DNA of 64,000 nucleotides from positions 96,001-160,000 of IMG/VR virus record IMGVR_UViG_3300035681_000001; one strand, 5' to 3'. Numbering within the stretch: position 1 is the first letter of the stretch; each line of letters starts with the position of its first letter. The notes beneath the pieces were generated by a model. It did no database searches. It was not told where the DNA came from and was given only the letters and a program-made list of their open reading frames with translations. This document shows positions 36,801 to 45,070 of the stretch, one piece after another. This stretch comes from a virus. The position numbers and the translations under genes were made by a program.

Positions 36801-39800
36801 ACCGAAATCTGGCAGCGCGGGATGTGTCTAGTAGGCACTGAAACCTGCCCGGTTTATAACGTGGAACTCTTCGAGTCTACTACACCTAAAGAAAACGTAG
36901 GTGAGTCCTGGCAGTTCCCTTCAGAGCTGCGTGCACTGCAGTCCATCACCAGCAATGGTGTAAACCCTAAAGCGTTGGATGAGCTCACCAACACGATAAA
37001 AGCAGACATCCTGCCTAATTTGGCTATGGCTAAAATCCTGGAAGGGATGGCTAGCGGTAGTCTACTCGGAGGTAAGCGCACCATAGCAGTAGAAGCTGCA
37101 GCCGACGGGCACTACCAAGTATCTACTGCAGTGCACGCCCGGTTGCAGCAAATAGTAGCAGAACTAGGTGTAAACCTAGCCGCACCCGCAGAAGCTTTTG
37201 AAAAGCTGTCTGTAAGACTAAAAGACGTAGTCTTTACCTTTAAGGTGTCTGGCAAAGAGACCAGCATTTGGCTTCCTGCATTGTGGGAACTCAATAAGCT
37301 GCGTTCTACCAACGAGTCTGGGCAAACTTTGTCCAGTGTGTTCTACCGTTATTTCTTAGTGCCGCTGTGTCTCAACAACCACGTTGAAGCTGCAGTAGTA
37401 ATAAGACTTCGCGGTCAGCTTAGTTCGTTGTTGTACTCTAGCGAAACACCTAAGCTGCTGAAAGGCCGCACTAAAATAGGTGGTCGCCGTGTAGGTTTAC
37501 CTTGTATCCCCATAAGTGAAACTTGGGTGTTGTATTCAGATGACCCGAGTTCTGAGTACCAAAACGCACTGCAGTATTGCCGGCGTGCATCGTTAAACCT
37601 AGAAATAGGCCTTAACGACCACTTGGTCGGTTACAACTCACGTGCACCACTAGCAGCTGGCTGGTTGTCTAAACTGCGTGTGATTACACCTGCAGAAAAC
37701 ACCAGTAACTATTGGCAACTGAGCCCTTACTATTTGGGTATCAGTCCAGTAGCGCTGTACATAGACGGTGGTGATTGTGACGGTGACTCAGGCTATTGGG
37801 CTGAACAAGGACCTGAGTTTGAGAGTGAAATCCTGGACTACCAAACCGTTATAAATATCCGCAATGCGGGTATGGATGGCGACTGTCGGTATACAGGTAG
37901 TTACGCTTACGCGCACTACACGCGTAAGGATTGGGCTAAAGCTACCGTAACTATGTCTTCGGGAGTTATCAGTGGGTGTGTAATGACAGAAGAGCAGTAT
38001 TGCTCTTATAACGTCGGTGCACACATCGTACAACACGAAGCTGTCGGGTCCAGCTATAAGCTGTACATGCTAGGTGAACACTTGATTGACTGTGCTCAAG
38101 CTTATGAAAAACTAGGCATTGAGTGTGAGTTGTTGAAGCCCTTTATGGGTGCTCTAGCACCTAGTTTGGTGCTGATACTGGCAGAAATCTACGAGACTAT
38201 TCTCGGCGGTTTTACTCCAGAAGCACTGGAGTTGTTTGAAAGCTACCTCAAACCGGCTATCAAACAAGGTAAGCCTATCGCACTTAAGCAGCTTACTGAT
38301 TTTCGTAAGTTGCTGGAGCGCTTTGGAGCTAACTCTTTAAGAGCTGAGGAAATCCTAAAGTTGATCAATGTGATCTCTTTAGTAGCTGCCAGTGAAGTCA
38401 ACGGGTATCTGTCCCGTGAATACACTGGTTGGGATGGCCTAGCTTTAAGTGCAGCTCATGTTGTATTCGAGCTGGGTCGCGGTCGCTTTCACGGTATGTC
38501 AGCCTTTACTAAAGGTCAAATGCCTCAAACGCGTCAAGCGTTAGGGCAAAAAGCCGCACTAGTTAAGTTCTACGAACTGCTGCTAGGTGGACTGCAGACT
38601 AACCGTGAGTTGTACCACCGCTTATCGGAGACTTCTTCAGTAATAGGTTGCGGTAGGGTGCTGTTCAAGCACCTGCACGTAGAACTCGGGTTGATTAGTT
38701 CTAATTATCCCTGGTTGCGTCCAAACCTAACAGAACTGCAATGGCTTCCAGAAGTCTTTGAGCAGTTTAAGTGCTGTCAGCTTGCACCAGCTACTACCGA
38801 ACTTACTGAGACTACAACCGAAATTACAGTTGAAGCTACTACTGTAGCTACACCTGAACCTACTACTGCTACTACTACTAAACCTATTACAGTTCAAGTT
38901 ACACCGGAACCTACGTCAGCCGCACTACTTGAAACACTAAAGAAAAGTGTTTTATTTGAGCTTTGTGCTGAGCGTGGTCTTACAGTAGCCAAAAAAGCTA
39001 CCAAAGAGCAGTTGGTAAGCGCTTTACTAACTGACCCTAACGGACCACCCTCAGAGGCTTTAGTTATTGAGGTTTCACAAGACCCGGCAACTAAAGCTCT
39101 GAAGCAACGTATTGCTGAACTAGAAGCTCAAGTTGCCCAACTGGAGGCTCAAGTTACGCAAGACCCAGAAGATCCTGAAGAGCCACTCGCTGTAGTGTCT
39201 AAACCTAAACCGGACCCCAAACCTGATTCAGGTGCTGGGACAAGCGAACCCACCACACCCATTGCACCCGCTACCATGTCCGCTACATCAACGGCAGTCA
39301 ACGTACCTGCAGGTATGCCGGCTGACCTAACACCTTCTCAGATTAGAGCGTTTGAGTTGTTTCAACAAGGCCACAATTTGGTCATCACTGGAGCAGCAGG
39401 TACAGGTAAAACCTACCTTAGTAACTTGCTTAGGGAATACGCCCTTAAGAAAAACTACAAACTAGTAGTAGTAGGTTCCACAGGCACTTCGGTACTAAAT
39501 ATCAAAGGTGACGGCACCCTTAACTCCGTATTTGGGTTGGGTCTAGGTTTTAGTGGTAAACGCCCTTCGGGGCTAGAGGCCGACAGTTTACTAGCTGCTT
39601 CCAGAAGATCCCAGATTTGTAACGAGTACTTAGCGCTTACTGATGAAGCTGGTTTGATAATACTGGTAGACGAAGTAAGCATGGTAGATACTAAACTAGC
39701 TCGCCTAACGTGGGATATCACAGCACTACAAAACCACCCTACTCAGTGGGTGTTGATAGGCGATCCAGGACAGTGTACTCCTCCAGGAGGAGAGCTGTTC

Positions 39801-40679
39801 TTTAAGGATTCTACGTTGGACTATGAAGACTACACTGAACCGTATGAGTCTTTGCTAAAAATCGGTGATTTTAAATGCGTAGCCTTAAAAGAAGTCGTAC
39901 GTCAAGCTAACGATCCTGCTTTTTTAGCAGATCTAAACGACTTGCGAGTAGGTAAGACCCCAGGTTTAGTACTAAGAGAGCGCTTTGTGGCGTCTATTAA
40001 AGGATTACCGGAGCAAGCTATACACGCTTATTACAACAACGCAGACGTTGCTTTACACAACCGTAAGGGTACTGAACAACTTATTGCTGCCGGTGCTGAG
40101 TCTAGGGTATACCATGCCACGGTAAGAAAAATAAGTTCTGGGGCTCCTGATTGGCCCGCACAATTCAGCCCTATTGAGCCTCAAATGACACTGGCTATTG
40201 GTATGCCAGTAATGGTACGTAAGAACCTAAAAGCAGCAGATAGAACTTTACTAGCGTCTAACGGCACCACTGGTGTGGTAATAAAACTAAATCCAGATTC
40301 AGTGGTGCTAAAACTGAAAAACGGTAAAACTATCACTATCTCCCAACAAGAACTAGACGGCCCTAAAGACGGTAAAGGTCGTGATCTAGGTAAATACAAA
40401 CAACTGCCCTTGCACCCAGCGTTTGCCATTACCGGGCATAAGCTGCAAGGTCTAACCCTAGACGAACCTTTGGTGGTACACCTCTACCAAAGCGGCAGGT
40501 ACGGTCAAAGAGCAATCAATACTGCAGGCTGGTTGTACGTAGTATGCTCCAGAGTTACAGAAGCTCGACATTTATACTTTGCAGTAGGAGATGCTGATCC
40601 AACCGTAGTGTTTAATTGGTTCCTGAGTGGCAACCGAGTTGATCAGTCAGCGCTGGAATGGCTTCAGAGCCTGGAATAA
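33831..40679 (+). CDS. Two-barrel RNA polymerase-like protein fused to a SAP/HeH-like motif and a C-terminal Pif1-family (SF1B) helicase
   Basis: Numbering from 33720: MKARSIAKALL (K858/R860/K864), then DVDIIHF; KLLKGRTKIGGR..GLP; NSRAPL (R1308); LGISPVALYIDGGDCDGD (D1352/D1354/D1356). Helicase motifs: GAAGTGKT (1891-1898), LVDEVSM, IGDPGQ, LKEVVRQAND, AITGHKLQGLTLD, YVVCSRV. ATG 33831 (C/A-rich leader) or 33888 is preferred over 33720. Confidence 0.8.
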   Translation: MNTATTAKNKENQKGNEKTMPQVVFKFYHHEVNPEATKVAILAPGHAAGPVNANVPVNFDTGHLDKAWDTMNLQGVNRRIDWQGTRLGAGSAQFRETDGSFSPVVWSSTPRTRNLRAPVQLLLATLVGGQPDWVTGAVPSGNDAAIRQHVAAAIAAGKSHDYSQHGFSLEAYVSLSEILAQPGAIHPVTGAPTGRHWFGVIGQVYSMDTCTTGGAVQTRYNCSAFDLYYLPEPEFGHSSLTPLDPYGKLNLYESLTYVPEAKVLPTTTVVLPAVPTAVPTAVPTAVGSTTVSTADTRRYWNSFGIHGLQVQEITVDSVVHDFDLINNFEGWSEIQSLFRLDGSAAAAAVTVADAARYWVSKKMYGSYQKIGDLAAYEWTVADLKDLIEIIVKVGTSRGLDADHLPCWSGEMLQFGAGGPAFKVLDKRIYDYRGRLLQNVVELKVSSHVNESGRMEYTLDGLQQVSSATQLLKLVYFGYLPLLAQSITQVMDALPANFSEFCRNAWVGANLVSWSKDQVLEQNSAARLRMDNCYPMTIRQPYSPLSGSYWVRLNEDGRFAANLVSHYEKQIRYSSKECSDLFKEAIRVAYREGGLDYRFDKKLLVGGGLGAVNCRLLAANDPAAFAALQAKFGVTESSVLSGTLKLAKGLKRLFLSMAQSVPVKGALPAGFLFRGQESPVEGFLAAVALAPTVVFTPGMSASVGAKPVAEVRKTVRNYVLHSFGTEPEFLMGLGCAIKPNNVVTETTLGITRYTLVRPTPIKPNDLLIQVANPSGSVNDVVNTSTFEGDLQWLEWQVVPSMLPGQTELKLSWEFLTYESDMKARSIAKALLVDVNPDVIFAHNKDLGDVDIIHFQDSLKVDLWWSYLMCAGTTLRYNWDKPEVAELRRLAVAINSRFGFAAFQGILIDPVHIALGHYDAFQAEFRRLFSRPLWFKFAQLAEFGRLLYDMHQSDQYERVDLGDGYESYVTKGADPNAPDTNITSFVVESGTVTEIWQRGMCLVGTETCPVYNVELFESTTPKENVGESWQFPSELRALQSITSNGVNPKALDELTNTIKADILPNLAMAKILEGMASGSLLGGKRTIAVEAAADGHYQVSTAVHARLQQIVAELGVNLAAPAEAFEKLSVRLKDVVFTFKVSGKETSIWLPALWELNKLRSTNESGQTLSSVFYRYFLVPLCLNNHVEAAVVIRLRGQLSSLLYSSETPKLLKGRTKIGGRRVGLPCIPISETWVLYSDDPSSEYQNALQYCRRASLNLEIGLNDHLVGYNSRAPLAAGWLSKLRVITPAENTSNYWQLSPYYLGISPVALYIDGGDCDGDSGYWAEQGPEFESEILDYQTVINIRNAGMDGDCRYTGSYAYAHYTRKDWAKATVTMSSGVISGCVMTEEQYCSYNVGAHIVQHEAVGSSYKLYMLGEHLIDCAQAYEKLGIECELLKPFMGALAPSLVLILAEIYETILGGFTPEALELFESYLKPAIKQGKPIALKQLTDFRKLLERFGANSLRAEEILKLINVISLVAASEVNGYLSREYTGWDGLALSAAHVVFELGRGRFHGMSAFTKGQMPQTRQALGQKAALVKFYELLLGGLQTNRELYHRLSETSSVIGCGRVLFKHLHVELGLISSNYPWLRPNLTELQWLPEVFEQFKCCQLAPATTELTETTTEITVEATTVATPEPTTATTTKPITVQVTPEPTSAALLETLKKSVLFELCAERGLTVAKKATKEQLVSALLTDPNGPPSEALVIEVSQDPATKALKQRIAELEAQVAQLEAQVTQDPEDPEEPLAVVSKPKPDPKPDSGAGTSEPTTPIAPATMSATSTAVNVPAGMPADLTPSQIRAFELFQQGHNLVITGAAGTGKTYLSNLLREYALKKNYKLVVVGSTGTSVLNIKGDGTLNSVFGLGLGFSGKRPSGLEADSLLAASRRSQICNEYLALTDEAGLIILVDEVSMVDTKLARLTWDITALQNHPTQWVLIGDPGQCTPPGGELFFKDSTLDYEDYTEPYESLLKIGDFKCVALKEVVRQANDPAFLADLNDLRVGKTPGLVLRERFVASIKGLPEQAIHAYYNNADVALHNRKGTEQLIAAGAESRVYHATVRKISSGAPDWPAQFSPIEPQMTLAIGMPVMVRKNLKAADRTLLASNGTTGVVIKLNPDSVVLKLKNGKTITISQQELDGPKDGKGRDLGKYKQLPLHPAFAITGHKLQGLTLDEPLVVHLYQSGRYGQRAINTAGWLYVVCSRVTEARHLYFAVGDADPTVVFNWFLSGNRVDQSALEWLQSLE

Positions 40680-40751
40680 ACCTAGCTCACGTAGCGGTCA
40701 TATTAGAGTAACTTAGCGTAGCAGTCATAACTTAAAAAGTATTAAGTTAAA

Positions 40752-40793
40752 CGTCCCAGCGTCTCCTACCTGAGGGGGCGCGGGGGGGTTTTT
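40752..40793 (+). terminator. Probable intrinsic terminator after the RNAP-helicase gene
   Basis: GC-rich imperfect stem ending in GGGGGGG TTTTT. Confidence 0.55.
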
Positions 40794-40983
40794 AAAAAAG
40801 TAAAACGGGCGCCTCGTTTTTGCAAATGTCTCAAAAAAGCAAAGCACCTGTCAGTCCAATACTGGCAGCTTTAAATAAGGTGGAGGTCCTCAAGACCCCG
40901 CCCAAAGCTTAGTTTTTGAGCCTTATCCAAAAAAGGATAGGGCTCGTCCACCAACCCCACTCAACTCAACGCAACCTCCTACT

Positions 40984-41382
40984 ATGACTGTTTACCTGAT
41001 GAACACAACCGTCATCCCCTCGGGAACAGACGGTATCTGGGAAACTCGGGCTCTACCTGTAGAGGCAGCCCGCCTAAATCTTAAGGACTGGGTTTCCGCT
41101 GTGGGGCATGACTCCACAGCGGAGATTATGTCTGAGCTACTCGGGGTAGACATACCCGTCAACCGGGTAGCCGTTAAGCCCGTCCCCGGCGACCGACTGC
41201 TCTGTTTTAAGTTGAAGGGCCGCGCACCAGAAGGTGTTGTGCTCGATCGCCAGCAGCTTGAAAAAATCGGATACGAATGGGTCCTCATGACCTATCACGG
41301 TACGGTTGGCGCAGCGATCGACGCTGCCTTCAAAGACGTAGATAACTACATCATGGCGGTGAGGACTCACCCTCACCTATGA
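40984..41382 (+). CDS. acrIII-1: AcrIII-1 family ring nuclease (DUF1874), anti-type III CRISPR
   Basis: SAVGH(42)DSTAEIMSELLGVDIPVNR(61)...GDRLLCFKLKGR(80)APE(83)G. The H-R-R-E spacing of +19/+19/+3 is identical to that recalled for SIRV1 gp29 (H47/R66/R85/E88). Confidence 0.9.
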   Translation: MTVYLMNTTVIPSGTDGIWETRALPVEAARLNLKDWVSAVGHDSTAEIMSELLGVDIPVNRVAVKPVPGDRLLCFKLKGRAPEGVVLDRQQLEKIGYEWVLMTYHGTVGAAIDAAFKDVDNYIMAVRTHPHL

Positions 41383-41522
41383 ATGGCCAGCCGGGAGCCT
41401 GTCCCGGCAACTCCCCACTGCCAATTACAATCAAGCCACAGGACAACTTCCGCTCTATTGGGGGCTCAACTTTTTGCTCAATTTGCAGTAAGTCATTTTG
41501 ATAAAACTGAAAACTGGGACGT

Positions 41523-41957
41523 ATGTCCTATAGAACCACAACCCTAAACCACCTCATGTATTTCACTGAATCGCTACTAAGCTTCAATACAGAAAAACTA
41601 CTAGACCTAAGTAAACATTATCAACGACTGGCATCTCAAACCTCCTACGACGACTTAAGAACATTTCAGGCTTTCAAAAGGGCCAAGCTTGAAATTGATT
41701 GCGAAATAGCTAAGCGTAAAACCCGCCCAACCTACACGCGCTTAACTGACTACCGTACCGGCGAGCCAATCTACTTTGACTCTTCAGTAGTTCCTTTAGT
41801 GGTAAAACAGGAGAAAGACCCTGGTTACCACTACACATTAGTAGTAACTAATCACGGTAGTTACTCCGTTAGAGAAACCGCAGCAGAAGTACTATCAGCT
41901 AGCGGATGCAGTATTTATACACCAGCTCCACGCTGGACAGCAAAAATAGCACCTTAA
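41523..41957 (+). CDS. Hypothetical protein, paralog of 43129..43704
   Basis: Shared blocks FQA.KR.KL.IDCEI..R and HYT...T.H..YSV.ETA.EVL...PAPRWTAKIA. Confidence 0.7.
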   Translation: MSYRTTTLNHLMYFTESLLSFNTEKLLDLSKHYQRLASQTSYDDLRTFQAFKRAKLEIDCEIAKRKTRPTYTRLTDYRTGEPIYFDSSVVPLVVKQEKDPGYHYTLVVTNHGSYSVRETAAEVLSASGCSIYTPAPRWTAKIAP

Positions 41958-41977
41958 ACCACTCACCCCTTACACCC

Positions 41978-42202
41978 ATGAAACTATTCAGCTGCTACAA
42001 CTGTGGTGTAGTACTAGACCCCAAAGTTCTTGCTTGGCCTACTAAACACTTCGACTACTCCAGACAACCTAGATACTCTGGGGATCTCAGTCCATGTGGA
42101 AGGCTAGTAGCAGTGGGGCCGGAGGGCGACTTAAGATGGAAACCTACCCTACCCTGCCCTGTTTGCCAAAACCCCCTAACTGAACCTGGAGCCAATGACT
42201 AA
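41978..42202 (+). CDS. Small zinc-finger protein
   Basis: CYNC...CPVC; ATG 41978 follows a C/A-rich leader. Confidence 0.65.
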   Translation: MKLFSCYNCGVVLDPKVLAWPTKHFDYSRQPRYSGDLSPCGRLVAVGPEGDLRWKPTLPCPVCQNPLTEPGAND

Positions 42203-42413
42203 CCTACCACCACCCGCGACTTGGGGATACATACGCTGGCATAGCAAGCTAACTAGAAGAGAAGGTGGTTGCAACTACCCAATAGCCAACCCTGCCGAGA
42301 AAGTTGCTCAGTTAAATTCGTCAAAGCCTACACTAGAGCACTGGTATATCCCTGTATCAGTAACCCTCCCCTCACCTAGCCAATGGACTTCACCCACCCC
42401 ACAAACGAAGTAA
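42195..42413 (+). CDS. Small hypothetical protein
   Basis: Coupled overlaps with both neighbours. Confidence 0.5.
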   Translation: MTNLPPPATWGYIRWHSKLTRREGGCNYPIANPAEKVAQLNSSKPTLEHWYIPVSVTLPSPSQWTSPTPQTK

Positions 42414-42803
42414 ACCTCGAATATCAAAATGGCAATAAGTACTCAATTGATAAAGAAGGAAATTTAATATACCGTAAGTTTGAAAACGGCGACCAAGAAT
42501 GGTACGAAGGCGCAAAGCTGATTCGTAAAAAAATATGCAAATGGCAGAGAGAAATCTTATTGTTCCGCTGGTACCGTAACCTACCAACAGACTGAACAGA
42601 AGTTGGAGATTTGGTATGACGAGGGACGTATGGAAACTCGTCGTAGGTATCCTAACGGCGATGAAGAGTGGTATGACAAGTTCCATAGGGAAATAAGATC
42701 AGTTTCAGAAGGCCTTACAAAAGAATATACCTACGACGCAGATGGCTACCGTAGAGCCGTAAATCTAAAATACAAGCAAGTTTCTCCTAAGGCCCTGTTC
42801 TGA
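42383..42803 (+). pseudogene. NG-x-x-EWY repeat protein split by a +1 frameshift in an A7 run
   Basis: Removing one A at 42527-42533 joins 42383..42595 to 42603..42803 and restores four units: YQNGNKY, FENGDQEWY, YANGREKSY, YPNGDEEWY. Confidence 0.7.
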
Positions 42804-42820
42804 AACCTTAAAACCCTAAA

Positions 42821-43117
42821 ATGAACACTCCTGAACTAACGTGGGAATCTCGGCAAACCAGATATAGTAATACAGTTAAAACCTACAGAGATGACGGCCT
42901 TTGGTTAGCAGTACGTTTTAAAATCAATCAAGGTTGTTTGTCCTCTTCTGTTAAGACATACAAAACCGACACTTTACTAAACGAAATAAACCTTGATATG
43001 GGTAAGTTTAGTTCTGACGAAGGGGCCAAACTTTTCGCCCAGTTTGCAGTAAGTCATTTTGATAAAACTGAAAACTGGGACGTATGTCCTAACTTAAAAG
43101 TCATTAGTATCTACTAA
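42821..43117 (+). CDS. Hypothetical protein
   Basis: 98-aa ORF whose 3' end is duplicated at 41461-41530. Confidence 0.65.
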   Translation: MNTPELTWESRQTRYSNTVKTYRDDGLWLAVRFKINQGCLSSSVKTYKTDTLLNEINLDMGKFSSDEGAKLFAQFAVSHFDKTENWDVCPNLKVISIY

Positions 43118-43128
43118 CCCACACTCTC

Positions 43129-43704
43129 ATGGATTCTTACGAAGAGACCTTCCACAACTTGATCAAAGATGTGCCCTTAGAAGAGCTACAAGAACTCAGC
43201 AAAAGAGGACAGATTGTAGCTCACGCAGCTCGCGACAATTCAACGTTTCAAGCTGCTAAAAGAACCAAGCTCAGGATTGACTGCGAAATAGGTCGGCGTA
43301 GAGCCCAATCAGTTGCAGTATCTGACTTCCCACGTGCAGTATCTCACCTCCCACATTCCATGAACAACTCCACTATTACTGATTCCCGGGACCAAATGTT
43401 ACAGCAGCCTACGAACTCTGAAGCTCTCAAAAAAACCGAGCCAGTCAACGGGAGTAGACCTCAACCTACAGCACCTTACGTGTGTCTGACAGAGTACGCC
43501 ACTGGAGAGCTTATGTATTGTGACTTTGCAGCAGATCAGCCGTTAATGATAAGAACTATAAGAGCTCCTAACTACCATTACACGCATATTATGACAGCCC
43601 ACGCTGAATACAGCGTTAAAGAAACGGCAGATGAAGTGCTGTTAGCTACCGGGCGGGGTAGCTTTAGACCAGCTCCACGCTGGACAGCAAAAATAGCACG
43701 TTAA
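43129..43704 (+). CDS. Hypothetical protein, paralog of 41523..41957 with an internal insertion
   Basis: See the paralog entry. Confidence 0.7.
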   Translation: MDSYEETFHNLIKDVPLEELQELSKRGQIVAHAARDNSTFQAAKRTKLRIDCEIGRRRAQSVAVSDFPRAVSHLPHSMNNSTITDSRDQMLQQPTNSEALKKTEPVNGSRPQPTAPYVCLTEYATGELMYCDFAADQPLMIRTIRAPNYHYTHIMTAHAEYSVKETADEVLLATGRGSFRPAPRWTAKIAR

Positions 43705-43739
43705 GTCACTACCCACCTACTAACCTACACTCTAGACTC

Positions 43740-43928
43740 ATGAACCCTAACCCCACCACCGCTACCTACCTAAAATGCTCGATGTCTAACTCTGCCATCA
43801 CACTAGCAAAAAAGTGGGAACGCAAGGGTTTTAACCTACGGGTTAAACTCCTCAAACTAAACACCACCACCCAATGGCATCTCCTTACTGGGAACCCACA
43901 GACCAAGGTTCAGACCGAGAAGACCTAG
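43740..43928 (+). CDS. Small hypothetical protein
   Basis: ATG after a C/A-rich leader. Confidence 0.45.
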   Translation: MNPNPTTATYLKCSMSNSAITLAKKWERKGFNLRVKLLKLNTTTQWHLLTGNPQTKVQTEKT

Positions 43929-44055
43929 GTCTAGTCGAACTGTTAGAAGAAACTGCCGGAGATCTCCGGCAAGCTTTGCTCGGTTTGATGAATAAACAGG
44001 AGGAATAAAAAAAGAAAAGCGCCAGGCTGGGTAACCACTCAGCCTGGTCAACACT

Positions 44056-44310
44056 ATGGAACCTTTAGAACTCACGCTAACCCAAAAGTTTGAACTAGAA
44101 AAGTACCAACGGATCATTAGGGAAACCGAAGACCTAGCAGGCCTTAAGAGCCTAGCGGAGACTTTATTTCAAGCTTGGCAGTCACAAAAAGCAGCCACTC
44201 AGTGGCTAATGCGCCAAAACCTCAGCAGACAAACTTATGTCAGTAGCTTGCCCACCGCGCCCACCACGCCCGCCGAGCCCCTACCCGCCCAGCCCACCCA
44301 ACCCACCTAA
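44056..44310 (+). CDS. nblA: NblA-like phycobilisome degradation adaptor
   Basis: 'PLELTLTQKFEL' matches the NblA N-terminal P-h-x-LSLEQ-x-F motif; two amphipathic helices in about 56 aa, ending 'KAATQWLMRQNL'; then a Pro-rich tail. Confidence 0.6.
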   Translation: MEPLELTLTQKFELEKYQRIIRETEDLAGLKSLAETLFQAWQSQKAATQWLMRQNLSRQTYVSSLPTAPTTPAEPLPAQPTQPT

Positions 44311-44324
44311 ACGGTAAACGTTAA

Positions 44325-44405
44325 GGGGGTATGGTGGAACAGCAGACACGCTTGGTTTAGGTCCAAGTGCCGAAAGGTGTGCAGGTTCAAGTCCTGTTAC
44401 CCTCA
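44325..44405 (+). tRNA. trnL: tRNA-Leu (anticodon TAG)
   Basis: Acceptor GGGGGTA/TACCCTC; anticodon arm CTTGG-TTTAGGT-CCAAG; long variable arm; T arm GCAGG-TTCAAGT-CCTGT; CCA not encoded. Confidence 0.95.
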
Positions 44406-44410
44406 CTACA

Positions 44411-44743
44411 ATGCCTAAAACTGATAACCGCCACATGTCTCGGGATTTTACCGGAGACATCTCTGAGTTAGACGACCAGCACCTCAAAAACGTCCTAAAC
44501 CTGCACTTACGGTCTATCGCCACAGCAGGTTATGAAAACTCCTTAAACCGAGTGTGGGTGCTGCCGCCTTACTTAGCAGAAGCCCGGAAACGTAACCTAA
44601 AGTTTCCATCTAAAGGGGCATTCCCTGAAATCATTAGTCGCATAGACAATGAAGACTGGGAGTGGGAATTCGAGTCGTTAGGCCGGGCAGATGCCTACGA
44701 GTTTGAAGAATTCTATGGTATTACCTCTTACGTAGACCTTTAA
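44411..44743 (+). CDS. Hypothetical protein
   Basis: 110-aa ORF directly after the tRNA. Confidence 0.6.
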   Translation: MPKTDNRHMSRDFTGDISELDDQHLKNVLNLHLRSIATAGYENSLNRVWVLPPYLAEARKRNLKFPSKGAFPEIISRIDNEDWEWEFESLGRADAYEFEEFYGITSYVDL

Positions 44744-45070
44744 AACTAGTGGATCGAACGCTGGTTAAACTTAGGCAACCTGAGGGGGTTGGGGCTAAGT
44801 TTAAACTCCCAGATCGGATTAACTCAAAATAAAGAGGCCCTTTAAGCTGCGGCCATAATACCGCAGCAGTTCTGTGAAACCGGATACCGGCACTAGCAGA
44901 CTTGGTAGAGCCTTACTGCCACCGAGTCCACTACCACTGAGTCCACTACCACCAACCGTTGCAGGTTGGTGGTAACACTCTAGGTTGCACTTGTTAGTAC
45001 TTTGAAAAACAAAGGAAAGCACACGGTCACAAGACCACCTAAAAAACCAAAAAGCCAAAAAACCAAAACC

